A stretch of DNA of 64,000 bases, from contig JAHFMV010000001.1 in NCBI GenBank assembly GCA_023267655.1, positions 95,954 to 159,953 on the forward strand. Direction: 5' to 3'. Numbering within the stretch: position 1 is the first letter of the stretch; each line of letters begins with the position of its first letter. The DNA comes from Candidatus Kaiserbacteria bacterium (GTDB lineage Bacteria > Patescibacteriota > Minisyncoccia > Phycocordibacterales > UBA2100). Positions 1-8,502 of the stretch are shown one piece after another. Position numbers and translations under genes: made by a program. Below the pieces are notes generated by a model. It searched no databases. It saw nothing but the letters and a program-made list of their open reading frames with translations, and was not told the origin of the DNA.

Positions 1-136
1 GTAAGGATGGTGTATTACAAAACGTTGCCGTACCGACGTGGGATTTTAAAGAAGACACCAGTCGAATTCCTCGCAAGACGATGCCGGGACAATAATTGAA
101 GCCGCGGGCGCTTTGTGCGCACCGCGGCTTTACTTA

Positions 137-505
137 TCACCTCCTCTTTTTGTCGATCCGGGACAGTTCCCGGAATTGCGGCCGTTTCATTTTGACGACG
201 ACAAATGCCGAGCGAACGGAGTATTTGTCCGAGGGAACTTCCCGTACGCCATGAGTGAGCAGGCCCTGCGATGTAATTTGAATTGCGGTCGCCACTCCCG
301 CGGCGTTCGTTACGACGCGCGATACAGTCCCTAGTCGCTTCAAATCGATGGAATACGCGATCATGTCCACCGCGACTGGTCGCGGTCGCCGCAGTTCCTC
401 CTCCGTTGACGGGGGAGGCGTTGACCCCGTCATGTACGCGACAATCGCTGTAAAAAGCATCGCAAGCATGATGACGAGTTTCTGATTCCTCGAGAGCTTG
501 AACAT
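137..505 (-). CDS. hypothetical protein with N-terminal TM helix
   Basis: 122-aa ORF divergent from lemA; has a hydrophobic N-terminal segment (LVIMLAMLFTAIVAY); no recognisable domain. Confidence 0.3.
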   Translation of the reverse strand: MFKLSRNQKLVIMLAMLFTAIVAYMTGSTPPPSTEEELRRPRPVAVDMIAYSIDLKRLGTVSRVVTNAAGVATAIQITSQGLLTHGVREVPSDKYSVRSAFVVVKMKRPQFRELSRIDKKRR

Positions 506-531
506 GCTGTCCTCCGTGCCTAAACCCGGAC

Positions 532-1122
532 GTGATACTACGCGAAAGTGTGGTACAATACAACCCTATGACACTTCTCTATATCGTGCTGGGCATTATC
601 GCGGTCGTTATTTTGTGGATTATCTTTGGCTACAATCGGTTTGTCTCACTTACCAACCGCGTGAAAGAAGCGTGGTCGGACATCGATATCCAGCTCAAGC
701 GTAGATACGACCTCATCCCGAATCTCGTCGAGACTGTGAAAGGGTATGCAGGGCACGAAAGCAGCACGCTCGAAAAGGTGACTGAAATGCGCACGCGGGC
801 GATGAATGCAACCGCGCCGGCCGATAAAGCTGCTGCAGAAAATATGCTCTCGGGCGCGCTCAAATCGCTGTTTGCCGTTGCCGAAAATTATCCCGACCTC
901 AAGGCGAACACCAACTTTCTTGAATTGCAGCGCGAACTCTCCGACACTGAAAACAAAATCCAAGCTGCCCGCCGCTTCTATAATAGTGTCGTCCAAGACC
1001 TCCAGAACGCACTCCAGTCATTCCCGAGCAACCTGATAGGCAGCACGTTCGGCTTCCAACCGCGTGATTTCTTCCAGCTCGACAACGACGCGGCCAAAGA
1101 GCCAGTGAAGGTGCAATTCTGA
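532..1122 (+). CDS. lemA: LemA family protein
   Basis: N-terminal TM helix followed by the conserved LemA core (YNRFVSLTNRVKEAWSDIDIQLKRRYDLIPNLVETVKGYAGHE ... AENYPDLKANTNFLELQRELSDTENKIQAARRFYN). Confidence 0.8.
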   Translation: MILRESVVQYNPMTLLYIVLGIIAVVILWIIFGYNRFVSLTNRVKEAWSDIDIQLKRRYDLIPNLVETVKGYAGHESSTLEKVTEMRTRAMNATAPADKAAAENMLSGALKSLFAVAENYPDLKANTNFLELQRELSDTENKIQAARRFYNSVVQDLQNALQSFPSNLIGSTFGFQPRDFFQLDNDAAKEPVKVQF

Positions 1123-1125
1123 AAA

Positions 1126-1144
1126 GGGTATAGCCAATAGGGTA
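1126..1144. repeat. 19-bp inverted repeat (GGGTATAGCCAATAGGGTA) with partner at 1535-1553, bracketing the four-helix-bundle gene
   Basis: GGGTATAGCCAATAGGGTA at 1126-1144; its reverse complement TACCCTATTGGCTATACCC at ~1535-1553 is followed by a direct repeat of CTATACCCTAT. Confidence 0.6.
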
Positions 1145-1162
1145 TGGGGTTTAGGGAAATGC

Positions 1163-1522
1163 ATGGAATCCTATCGAGAACTCATTGTTTGGCAAAAGAG
1201 TAGAAGGTTTGTAGCCAATATTTATCGGTTGACCGACAAGTTTCCTAAATCAGAGATGTTCGGACTAACAAGTCAGATGCGTCGTGCAGCCGTATCGATT
1301 CCTGCAAACATTGCGGAGGGCTATTCTCGTAAACATCGTGCAGAATATGTACAATTTCTTCGAATTGCATATGGTTCAGGCGCAGAGCTTGAGACGTACT
1401 GCGGATTAAAGTCTGATTTGGGATATGTGACGAAAGAAAAATCTGCAGAGTTTGAAGAATTACTCGCTGAAATCATGCGGATGCTCAATAAACTCATTTC
1501 ATCCCTTGCAATCAAACAATAA
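1163..1522 (+). CDS. four-helix-bundle protein of the '23S rRNA intervening-sequence protein' family (PF05635/TIGR02436-like)
   Basis: 119 aa, all-helical, with family motifs (ELIVWQKS..., AVSIPANIAEGYSRKH, YGSGAELETY); sits between lemA and htpX bracketed by inverted repeats. Confidence 0.7.
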   Translation: MESYRELIVWQKSRRFVANIYRLTDKFPKSEMFGLTSQMRRAAVSIPANIAEGYSRKHRAEYVQFLRIAYGSGAELETYCGLKSDLGYVTKEKSAEFEELLAEIMRMLNKLISSLAIKQ

Positions 1523-1565
1523 CTTGCATTTCACCCTATTGGCTATACCCTATTCGCTATACCCT

Positions 1566-2468
1566 ATGTCGTCTTTGTATACACAGGAGAGTAAAAATGT
1601 GCGCAAAACCTGGCTCATGATGAGCGTCTTTTTAGTGCTTGTTATTGCGGTTGGTTGGGTGCTCGCGCAGTACTATGGCGATTCGTCGATTCTCTACATC
1701 GCGGTTGCGTTTTCTTTGATTTCAAACATCGGCGCATATTGGTTTTCGGACAAAGTTGCGATCGCGAGCGTCGGCGCGCATCCGGCAGATGAAAATGAGT
1801 ACAAAGAATTGCATCGCATCGTCGAAAACCTCGCTATTACCGCGGGCCTGCCAAAGCCGCGCGTCTATATCATTAACGATCCCGCGCCGAATGCGTTTGC
1901 AACGGGGCGCAACAAAGAGCACGCGGTCATTGCCGTCACGACTGGGCTCCTCGGAATGATGGATCGCTCGGAATTGGAAGGTGTCATCGCGCACGAACTC
2001 TCGCATGTGGGGAACCGCGACATCCTTGTCATGACCGTTGCGGTGGTCTTGGTCGGATTCATTTCCGTCCTCGCCAATATCGCACTGCGGATTTCATATT
2101 TTGGCGGGAATCGCGATCGCGAGAATAAAGCGGGACCACTTATCGCAATTGCCGCTATCGCGGCGATGATCCTAGCCCCTATTGCAGCGCAGCTCATCCA
2201 ACTCGCGATCTCGCGAAAACGGGAATTCCTCGCCGACGCTGACGGCGCACTCCTCACCCGGTATCCAGACGCCCTTGCATCCGCCCTCGCCAAAATCGGC
2301 TCGTACAGCGCACCTATGCAACGCGCCTCCACGACGACCGCACACCTGTTTATCTCGAACCCCTTCGGCGCGCATCCGGCAGGGCAGTGGATCGCGAAGC
2401 TTTTCTCCACGCATCCTCCGGTTGAAGAGCGCATCGCGGCTCTCGAAAGTATGCATTCAGAGCGATAG
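1566..2468 (+). CDS. htpX: zinc metalloprotease HtpX (peptidase M48)
   Basis: HEXXH motif (HELSHVGNRD) and TM segments typical of M48 HtpX; the ORF-track start at 1452 overlaps the upstream gene, so start trimmed to ATG 1566 (a GTG ~1597 with an AGGAGA RBS is also possible). Confidence 0.85.
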   Translation: MSSLYTQESKNVRKTWLMMSVFLVLVIAVGWVLAQYYGDSSILYIAVAFSLISNIGAYWFSDKVAIASVGAHPADENEYKELHRIVENLAITAGLPKPRVYIINDPAPNAFATGRNKEHAVIAVTTGLLGMMDRSELEGVIAHELSHVGNRDILVMTVAVVLVGFISVLANIALRISYFGGNRDRENKAGPLIAIAAIAAMILAPIAAQLIQLAISRKREFLADADGALLTRYPDALASALAKIGSYSAPMQRASTTTAHLFISNPFGAHPAGQWIAKLFSTHPPVEERIAALESMHSER

Positions 2469-2516
2469 GCGCCTATACCCCCGACTCGTCGATCGGAGAG
2501 TGACAGATATATGACA

Positions 2517-3086
2517 TCATTTGGATTTGAGTCGAAATGCGTGCCTCAAACGGGCATCATCCTGTATTTTTTCAAGGACACCATACAATACGTGTCGTGA
2601 TAACCGCGGGTCGTTTCTCAAGAGCCGAGACAGTTCCTCGCATTCATGCGGGAAAATCCAGGTGCTGTTTTGCAATTTGATAAATCCCGCTCGCTTCAAA
2701 ATTGTCCGAATTTCATCCCGCGCCTGGCGTAGCCTCTCCGGTATGTCAAAGGTTATTATGCGCCATTTGCCATCCCATTGCAGAGTATCTAATGTCGCAC
2801 GGATATTTTTTACCGTTCGCTCAATAAGAACTCGTCCCGTGTTTGTGATTGAAAGAATGTCGTCGCGCCGTTGAACATATCCCTCCCTCACGAGGCGATC
2901 TATCGCAAGTCGTGTTTTATACCTGCGTACGGCGCGTTCGCGCGCGATTTTATACATCAGTTTTGTTGAGCGCGCCGACATAAGAAACCCCATGAGCAAA
3001 TCTCCCGCAGTCAGCTGTTCCAAGACGTCTCTTTCGATTGCGCCGAGCCTGCCTCCGCGTCTTAATTTTTTATCACGATCCCGCAT
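2517..3086 (-). CDS. PaaX-like transcriptional regulator (winged helix plus Cas2-like PaaX C-terminal fold)
   Basis: C-terminal WDGKWRIITFDIPERLRQARDEIRTILKRAGFIKLQNSTWIFP matches the PaaX_C/Cas2-like fold; start trimmed to MRDRDKK because the longer ORF overlaps fba. Confidence 0.55.
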   Translation of the reverse strand: MRDRDKKLRRGGRLGAIERDVLEQLTAGDLLMGFLMSARSTKLMYKIARERAVRRYKTRLAIDRLVREGYVQRRDDILSITNTGRVLIERTVKNIRATLDTLQWDGKWRIITFDIPERLRQARDEIRTILKRAGFIKLQNSTWIFPHECEELSRLLRNDPRLSRHVLYGVLEKIQDDARLRHAFRLKSK

Positions 3087-3233
3087 AGACAAAGTATACC
3101 CCTCACTCGTCGGTCGGAGAGTGAGGGGTATATATTGTTGTGGACAGTGGAAGTACGAATAAAGAAACACAGAGGACGGCTGATGATTTTTTCTCGTACC
3201 TGTGTGTTTGTGGCGGCATGGTACTATTTCCGC

Positions 3234-4091
3234 ATGAAAACCTTGCGAGAAACAATTGCAGATGCGCGTGCCCGCAAAGTCGCGGTGGGGCATTTTAACG
3301 TATCTGATAGCAATCAATTTAATGCGATTGTTGCGGCAGCCGCGGAACTTGGCGTGCCGGTCATTATTGGTGCAACAGAAGGCGAGCAAAAATTCTTTGG
3401 CACGCATGAAGTCGCGGCGCTTGTACGCGCCGCACGCGAGAAAAAAGGACTCTCCGTCTACCTCAATTCCGACCACACCCGCACAATCGAAGGCATGAAG
3501 GCGGCCGTTGATGCAGGGTTTGATGCAGTACTTTTTGACGGCGCGAAAGAAACGATCGAGCACAATATCGAATTGGTAAAAGAAACGGTTGCCTATGCAA
3601 AAGCAGCAGGGCGCGAAGTGCTCGTTGAAGGCGAACTCGGCTACATTGGCTCATCTTCGCAAGTACATGCGGACATTCCCGAAGGCGCGGGACTCGATAT
3701 GACGACGCCGGAGCTTGCGACGCGATTCGTGCAAGAGACCGGTGTTGATCTTCTCGCGCCATCCGTCGGCAACATCCACGGACTTCTCAAAGGCCGGGCG
3801 AAACCAGCGCTCGACTTGCCACGTATCGAAGCGATCAGTAAGGCCGTCGGTATTCCGATGGTTCTCCACGGCGCGTCCGGCGAAACTGATGCTGATGTCC
3901 ACGGCGCGATAGAGCGCGGTATGGGCATCGTGCACGTCAATACCGAAATCCGCGTCGCCTACAAAGACGCCATCGCGAGAGGCCTTGCCGAAAACGCCGA
4001 AGACATCGCTCCATATAAATATATGCTTCCGGCGATGGAAGCCGTCAAACAAGTCGTCCTCAAGAAATTGAAGGTTTTCAACGGGCTCTAA
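3234..4091 (+). CDS. fba: fructose-bisphosphate aldolase, class II
   Basis: Class II FBA/tagatose-bisphosphate aldolase signature (VAVGHFNVSD ... GELGYIGSSS ... SVGNIHGL ... VLHGASG); start taken at MKTLRETI, exact start coordinate uncertain by a few nt. Confidence 0.85.
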   Translation: MKTLRETIADARARKVAVGHFNVSDSNQFNAIVAAAAELGVPVIIGATEGEQKFFGTHEVAALVRAAREKKGLSVYLNSDHTRTIEGMKAAVDAGFDAVLFDGAKETIEHNIELVKETVAYAKAAGREVLVEGELGYIGSSSQVHADIPEGAGLDMTTPELATRFVQETGVDLLAPSVGNIHGLLKGRAKPALDLPRIEAISKAVGIPMVLHGASGETDADVHGAIERGMGIVHVNTEIRVAYKDAIARGLAENAEDIAPYKYMLPAMEAVKQVVLKKLKVFNGL

Positions 4092-4132
4092 AGATTGAGA
4101 AAGAGCGATAAAAAGGCTATAAATAGGCGCAC

Positions 4133-4217
4133 GGAGGCGTCGCACAGTGGTCTAGTGCACCGCCTTGGAAAGGCGGCATGCCGCAAGGCATCGCGAGTTC
4201 GAATCCCGCCGCCTCCG
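4133..4217 (+). tRNA. tRNA-Ser (anticodon GGA)
   Basis: Cloverleaf read by eye: acceptor GGAGGCG/CGCCTCC, D-arm GCAC..GTGC, anticodon stem CCGCC/GGCGG with loop TTGGAAA (anticodon GGA), a long 17-nt variable arm, and a T-loop TTCGAAT; 85 nt. Confidence 0.7.
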
Positions 4218-4325
4218 CAACTAAAAGTTACTCACAGGCATTCGCGTCAACCGCTTTGCATAGGGTATTATTACCGTATTACTTACTAGAAGCTAAAAGC
4301 TAGACGCTCGCAGCTATTTAATACT

Positions 4326-4736
4326 ATGTTTGAAGTAACATTTCTTCCGATTCTTGTTGCCGGGATTGCCAACGTGATCCTCGGCATGGTGTGGTACAAC
4401 CCACGCGTCTTTGGTACTGCCTGGATGGCGAATATCGCAATGACGCCGGAGATGGCGGAAAAAGGCAAGAAGCGGATGCCGATCATGGCGCTTATTTCGT
4501 TTCTCGCGGCCATGGTAGTCGCGTATGTGATGGATTATTTTGGCATCGCGTGGGGCGTGTTTGACTGGATCGGTGCCGTTGAGTTGGGCTTCTGGTGCTG
4601 GGTTGGGTTTGTCGCACCAACGATGCTCGGGATGGTTCTCTGGGAGATGAAGCCGTTCAAATACTACGCGATTGTTAGTGGATACTGGCTGGTGTCATTC
4701 ATTATGATGGCAGTCATTCTCGTATTAATGGCGTAG
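4326..4736 (+). CDS. DUF1761-like small membrane protein
   Basis: 136 aa with four hydrophobic helices; pattern similar to the DUF1761 family. Confidence 0.55.
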   Translation: MFEVTFLPILVAGIANVILGMVWYNPRVFGTAWMANIAMTPEMAEKGKKRMPIMALISFLAAMVVAYVMDYFGIAWGVFDWIGAVELGFWCWVGFVAPTMLGMVLWEMKPFKYYAIVSGYWLVSFIMMAVILVLMA

Positions 4737-4876
4737 TTGTCTAAACGCTCAAATTTGGCGCATTTCGTCGTTGCGGAGCCTCTGCGTCTCCTTCGTCGTA
4801 TCTAGGATACGCCTCAGGAGCCGCTTTCTCCACGCCTAGAACTGCATCCAAATTTGAACGTTATTGGTAGTGCATT

Positions 4877-5353
4877 ATGGTGTCTTTGCACAAGAAAATT
4901 CTCATAGGAATGGTGATTATTCTGGCTGCCGCGCTGCTTTTATTTTTCATATTTTCGAAACCTGCTCATCCTGCGGCAGGTCTCACTCTGCACCCGACGC
5001 AGACCATTTCAATTGCAGGGACACCGCTGCATATTGCGCTCGCGACTACCGACGCCGAGCGCGAGCAGGGCCTAAGCGGCATCACCAGCCTTGCAGAAGA
5101 CCAAGGCATGCTCTTTGTATTCCCGAAAGACGGCATCTATTCGTTTTGGATGAAAGACATGCTTTTTTCCATCGACATGCTTTGGGTCTCTCAAGATGGT
5201 CGTGTTGTATACATCGTCCCGTCGTCCTCGCCCGCGACCTACCCCCATGCGTTCACGCCAAATACACCGGCGAGGTATGTCCTCGAAGTACCCGCGGGCT
5301 TCGCAACAGAGCACGAAATCGGGGTGGGGAGCAAATTGGATTTTTCGCTCTGA
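4877..5353 (+). CDS. DUF192 (COG1430) domain protein, secreted or membrane-anchored
   Basis: N-terminal TM/signal segment; core LHIALATTDAEREQGL...MLFVF...SFWMKDMLFSIDMLWVSQDGRVV matches the DUF192 fold. Confidence 0.65.
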   Translation: MVSLHKKILIGMVIILAAALLLFFIFSKPAHPAAGLTLHPTQTISIAGTPLHIALATTDAEREQGLSGITSLAEDQGMLFVFPKDGIYSFWMKDMLFSIDMLWVSQDGRVVYIVPSSSPATYPHAFTPNTPARYVLEVPAGFATEHEIGVGSKLDFSL

Positions 5354-5560
5354 TTTCCCTCGAGAAACGGGTTATCCACATATTTTCCGGACGAAGTAAG
5401 AGGTCGTTCGGGAGTATCCTAAGACAACTGAGCGTGCGTGCGCCCGGGATGCACTTGAAAGGCCTGTTACGAGACAACAGGCGTGTAAAATGCCCCCGAA
5501 AAAACGTTTCGCGAAGATAATTACAGGGAAAATTATTCAAAAATTTACACGCCAGAGCCT

Positions 5561-8458
5561 ATGATGACCCAGATAACAATCACGAAACGTGATGGAAATA
5601 AAGAGCCCTTCAATGCGGACAAAATCAACCGCTCGATCGAGCGTGCATGCATCGGACTTACCGATCCCATTTCGATGGTGACGCAAATCGCAACCGAAAC
5701 GCAGCTCACGCTCTACGATGGAATCACGACGGAAGAGATGGACATGGCGACCATCAACGCGGCGGTGCAAAACATCAAAGAAGACATTGAATACGACAAA
5801 GTGGGCGTGCGTTTGCTTTTGAAAACGGTCTATCGCCGTGTTGTTGGCGAATTCCATGATGATCCGGCGGAATTGGATGCGAAACACCGAGCGCAATTCC
5901 CGGTGCATATCAAAAATATGGTGCAAAGCGGTCTGTTGGACGTGCGCATGCAAGAAAAATACGACCTTGAGAAGCTTGCCGCAGCCCTCAAAATCGAGCG
6001 CGACGAGCTCTTTACCTATGCGGGCGTTTCCACACTTCTTGATCGTTATTCCATGCGCAACGAAGCGCAGAAACGCATCGAAACGCCCCAGTATTTCTTC
6101 ATGCGCATCGCGATGGGACTCTCATATAACGAAGCAAATCCGACCGAGCAAGCGATCAAATTCTACGACCGCATGTCGCAGCTCCTGTATATCGCGGGCG
6201 GCTCCACGAATCTCGGTGCAGGCACCTCGCGTCCAGCGCTCTCCAATTGTTTCCTCCTTGAAGTCCACGACGACATGGACCATATCGCAAAATCAGTCGC
6301 GGATGTCTTGAAAATCTCAAAAGCATCAGGTGGTCTTGGCGTTTCTCTCACCAAATTACGCGCGACCGGTTCCACATTGAAGGCCTCAAACACGGTCTCT
6401 AGTGGCCCAACCCCATTTGCCAAAATCATGGACACCGCAGTGCATGCGATCGTCCGCGGTGGCAAGAAAAAAGGCGCGCTCTGTTTCTATATGGAGAACT
6501 GGCACTATGATTTCCCGGAATATATCGACTGGAAACATAACGCGGGTGACGACTACATGCGCATGCGCACCGCAAATACCGCGACATGGATTTCCGACGA
6601 ATTTATGAAGCGTGTCGAGGCGGGTGACGAATGGTATCTCTTTGACCCGAAGGAAGTAATGGATCTGAACGAACTCTACGGCCAAGCCTTTTCGAAGCGG
6701 TATGCGGAATACATCGAGAAAGCAAAGGCAGGGCAAATGAAAATGTGGAAGAAGATGCCGGCGACCGAATTGTGGAGCAACATGCTCACCGCACTGCAAT
6801 CGACGTCGCATCCGTGGCTCACGTGGAAAGATTCGATCAACCTGCGCGCGCTCAACAACAACACCGGCACGATCCACATGTCGAATTTGTGTACCGAAAT
6901 CTGTTTGCCGCAAGACAAGGACAATATCGCCGTTTGTAACTTGATTTCACTCAATCTCGCGGGGCACATCGAAGGGAAGCAGGTCAACTGGTACAAGCTT
7001 GAAGAAACCGTACGCCTTGCGGTGCGTCAGCTCGACAACCTCATTGATATCAATGTGCTCCCGATCGAAGAAGCGCGCCGCTCGGACAGCGAGAACCGCG
7101 CGATCGGCCTCGGCGTCATGGGCTTTGCGGATGCGCTTGAGCAGCTTGGCATTCCGTATGAAAGCGGTCACGGCGCGGAATTTGCGGACCGGATTTTCGA
7201 ATTCATCAGTTATATGGCGATCGATGAGAGCGCGAATCTCGCAAAAGTGCGCGGTTCGTACAAACACTTTGTTGGCTCAGGATGGTCAGAAGGGTTGGTG
7301 CCGGTAGATACGATCGCGCGCGTCGAAGCAGAGCGCGGATTCCTGACCGGCCTCAAGAAAGACACGCGCAACAAGCAGCTGAATTGGGATGCATTGCGCG
7401 CAAAAGTGAAAGGCGGCATGCGCAATGCGACGCTTATGGCGGTTGCGCCGAATGCAAACATCGGACTTGTTGCGGGCACGACGCCGGGGATTGATCCACG
7501 CTTCGCACAAGTTTTCTCGCGCAACAAATTCTCCGGCAAGTACATGGACATCAACCACAACCTCGTGAAGGATTTGAAAAACATGGGGCTCTGGGATGAG
7601 GTGAAAGAAAAAATCGTCGAGCAGCAGGGAGATATTTCTGCGATCAATGAAATTCCGTCGTACTTGAAACAGATCTACAAAACATCATTTACGACATCAC
7701 CGTACGCATTCATTGAAGTCGCGGCGCGTGCGCAGAAATGGGTAGATCAGGCGCTCTCGCGCAATATCTATCTCGAAAACCGCGACATGGACGCGATGAA
7801 GCAGGTGTACATGGCGGCGTGGAAACGAGGACTGAAGACGACGTACTACTTGCACATGAAGCCGCGCCATAGCGCCGAGCAATCAACGACGCATGTGAAC
7901 AAGGGCGCACAATTCGCAAAGCGTGGGTTCGCCGGAGTGGTGGCGTCGCCGATCTCGACCGAAGCACCAACGCTCTCGCCGATCCAGCAGTCGCCCGTTA
8001 CCGTTCACGAGACGATGCCACTTACGCCGAATAGCGCGCCTGCGGTCGAAGTCGTGATGCCGGTGGAAACGTCGCGCGGATTCGCTCCTGCAGCAGCACA
8101 GGGAGCACTGCCAATTCAACCCGCAATGCAGCAGAGTTTACCCGGTGAGATGACGGCTTCGCCTATCTCACGGGATTTACCGGTGCAGGATGTGGTGAAG
8201 CCGGTGGTTGCGGTAGCACCAATCGCCGTAGCACCACTACAGACGCCATCGTATCAACCGATTCAGGCTGTAGCACCGGCGCAAATGGCTTCAGCACCAT
8301 CTCGCATGGGTTTTGCAACCGTTGTCTCGTCCGCTCCTATCCAAATGCCAGCCGCTTCGACCGTGCCAACACCTGCACCAATAGTTATCAAAAAAGAAAA
8401 AGCATTCGTCTGCCCGATAGATCCCGCCGAAAGAGCTCAATGCGATTCCTGCCAATGA
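5561..8458 (+). CDS. nrdA: ribonucleoside-diphosphate reductase alpha subunit (class I, with ATP-cone), carrying a long Pro/Ala-rich C-terminal extension
   Basis: N-terminal ATP-cone (ITKRDGNKEPFNADKINRSIERA); catalytic core motifs (NLCTEI, ...); ~180-aa low-complexity P/A/V-rich tail ending in a CDSCQ Cys pair. Confidence 0.9.
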   Translation: MMTQITITKRDGNKEPFNADKINRSIERACIGLTDPISMVTQIATETQLTLYDGITTEEMDMATINAAVQNIKEDIEYDKVGVRLLLKTVYRRVVGEFHDDPAELDAKHRAQFPVHIKNMVQSGLLDVRMQEKYDLEKLAAALKIERDELFTYAGVSTLLDRYSMRNEAQKRIETPQYFFMRIAMGLSYNEANPTEQAIKFYDRMSQLLYIAGGSTNLGAGTSRPALSNCFLLEVHDDMDHIAKSVADVLKISKASGGLGVSLTKLRATGSTLKASNTVSSGPTPFAKIMDTAVHAIVRGGKKKGALCFYMENWHYDFPEYIDWKHNAGDDYMRMRTANTATWISDEFMKRVEAGDEWYLFDPKEVMDLNELYGQAFSKRYAEYIEKAKAGQMKMWKKMPATELWSNMLTALQSTSHPWLTWKDSINLRALNNNTGTIHMSNLCTEICLPQDKDNIAVCNLISLNLAGHIEGKQVNWYKLEETVRLAVRQLDNLIDINVLPIEEARRSDSENRAIGLGVMGFADALEQLGIPYESGHGAEFADRIFEFISYMAIDESANLAKVRGSYKHFVGSGWSEGLVPVDTIARVEAERGFLTGLKKDTRNKQLNWDALRAKVKGGMRNATLMAVAPNANIGLVAGTTPGIDPRFAQVFSRNKFSGKYMDINHNLVKDLKNMGLWDEVKEKIVEQQGDISAINEIPSYLKQIYKTSFTTSPYAFIEVAARAQKWVDQALSRNIYLENRDMDAMKQVYMAAWKRGLKTTYYLHMKPRHSAEQSTTHVNKGAQFAKRGFAGVVASPISTEAPTLSPIQQSPVTVHETMPLTPNSAPAVEVVMPVETSRGFAPAAAQGALPIQPAMQQSLPGEMTASPISRDLPVQDVVKPVVAVAPIAVAPLQTPSYQPIQAVAPAQMASAPSRMGFATVVSSAPIQMPAASTVPTPAPIVIKKEKAFVCPIDPAERAQCDSCQ

Positions 8459-8502
8459 GTGTCAATAGGTTTGAAAATTAATAGTAGTAACATAGTGCGC
8501 AT

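Noticed and set aside
1-531. Possible CRISPR array or rRNA at the window edges
   Set aside because: No CRISPR array with regularly spaced direct repeats, and no rRNA-like conserved segments, were seen anywhere in the window.
5537-5953. 138-aa minus ORF and numerous other 60-170-aa ORFs inside nrdA, nrdB, glyA and other large genes
   Set aside because: Antisense or shifted-frame ORFs inside strongly supported genes in a GC-rich sequence; compositional artefacts.
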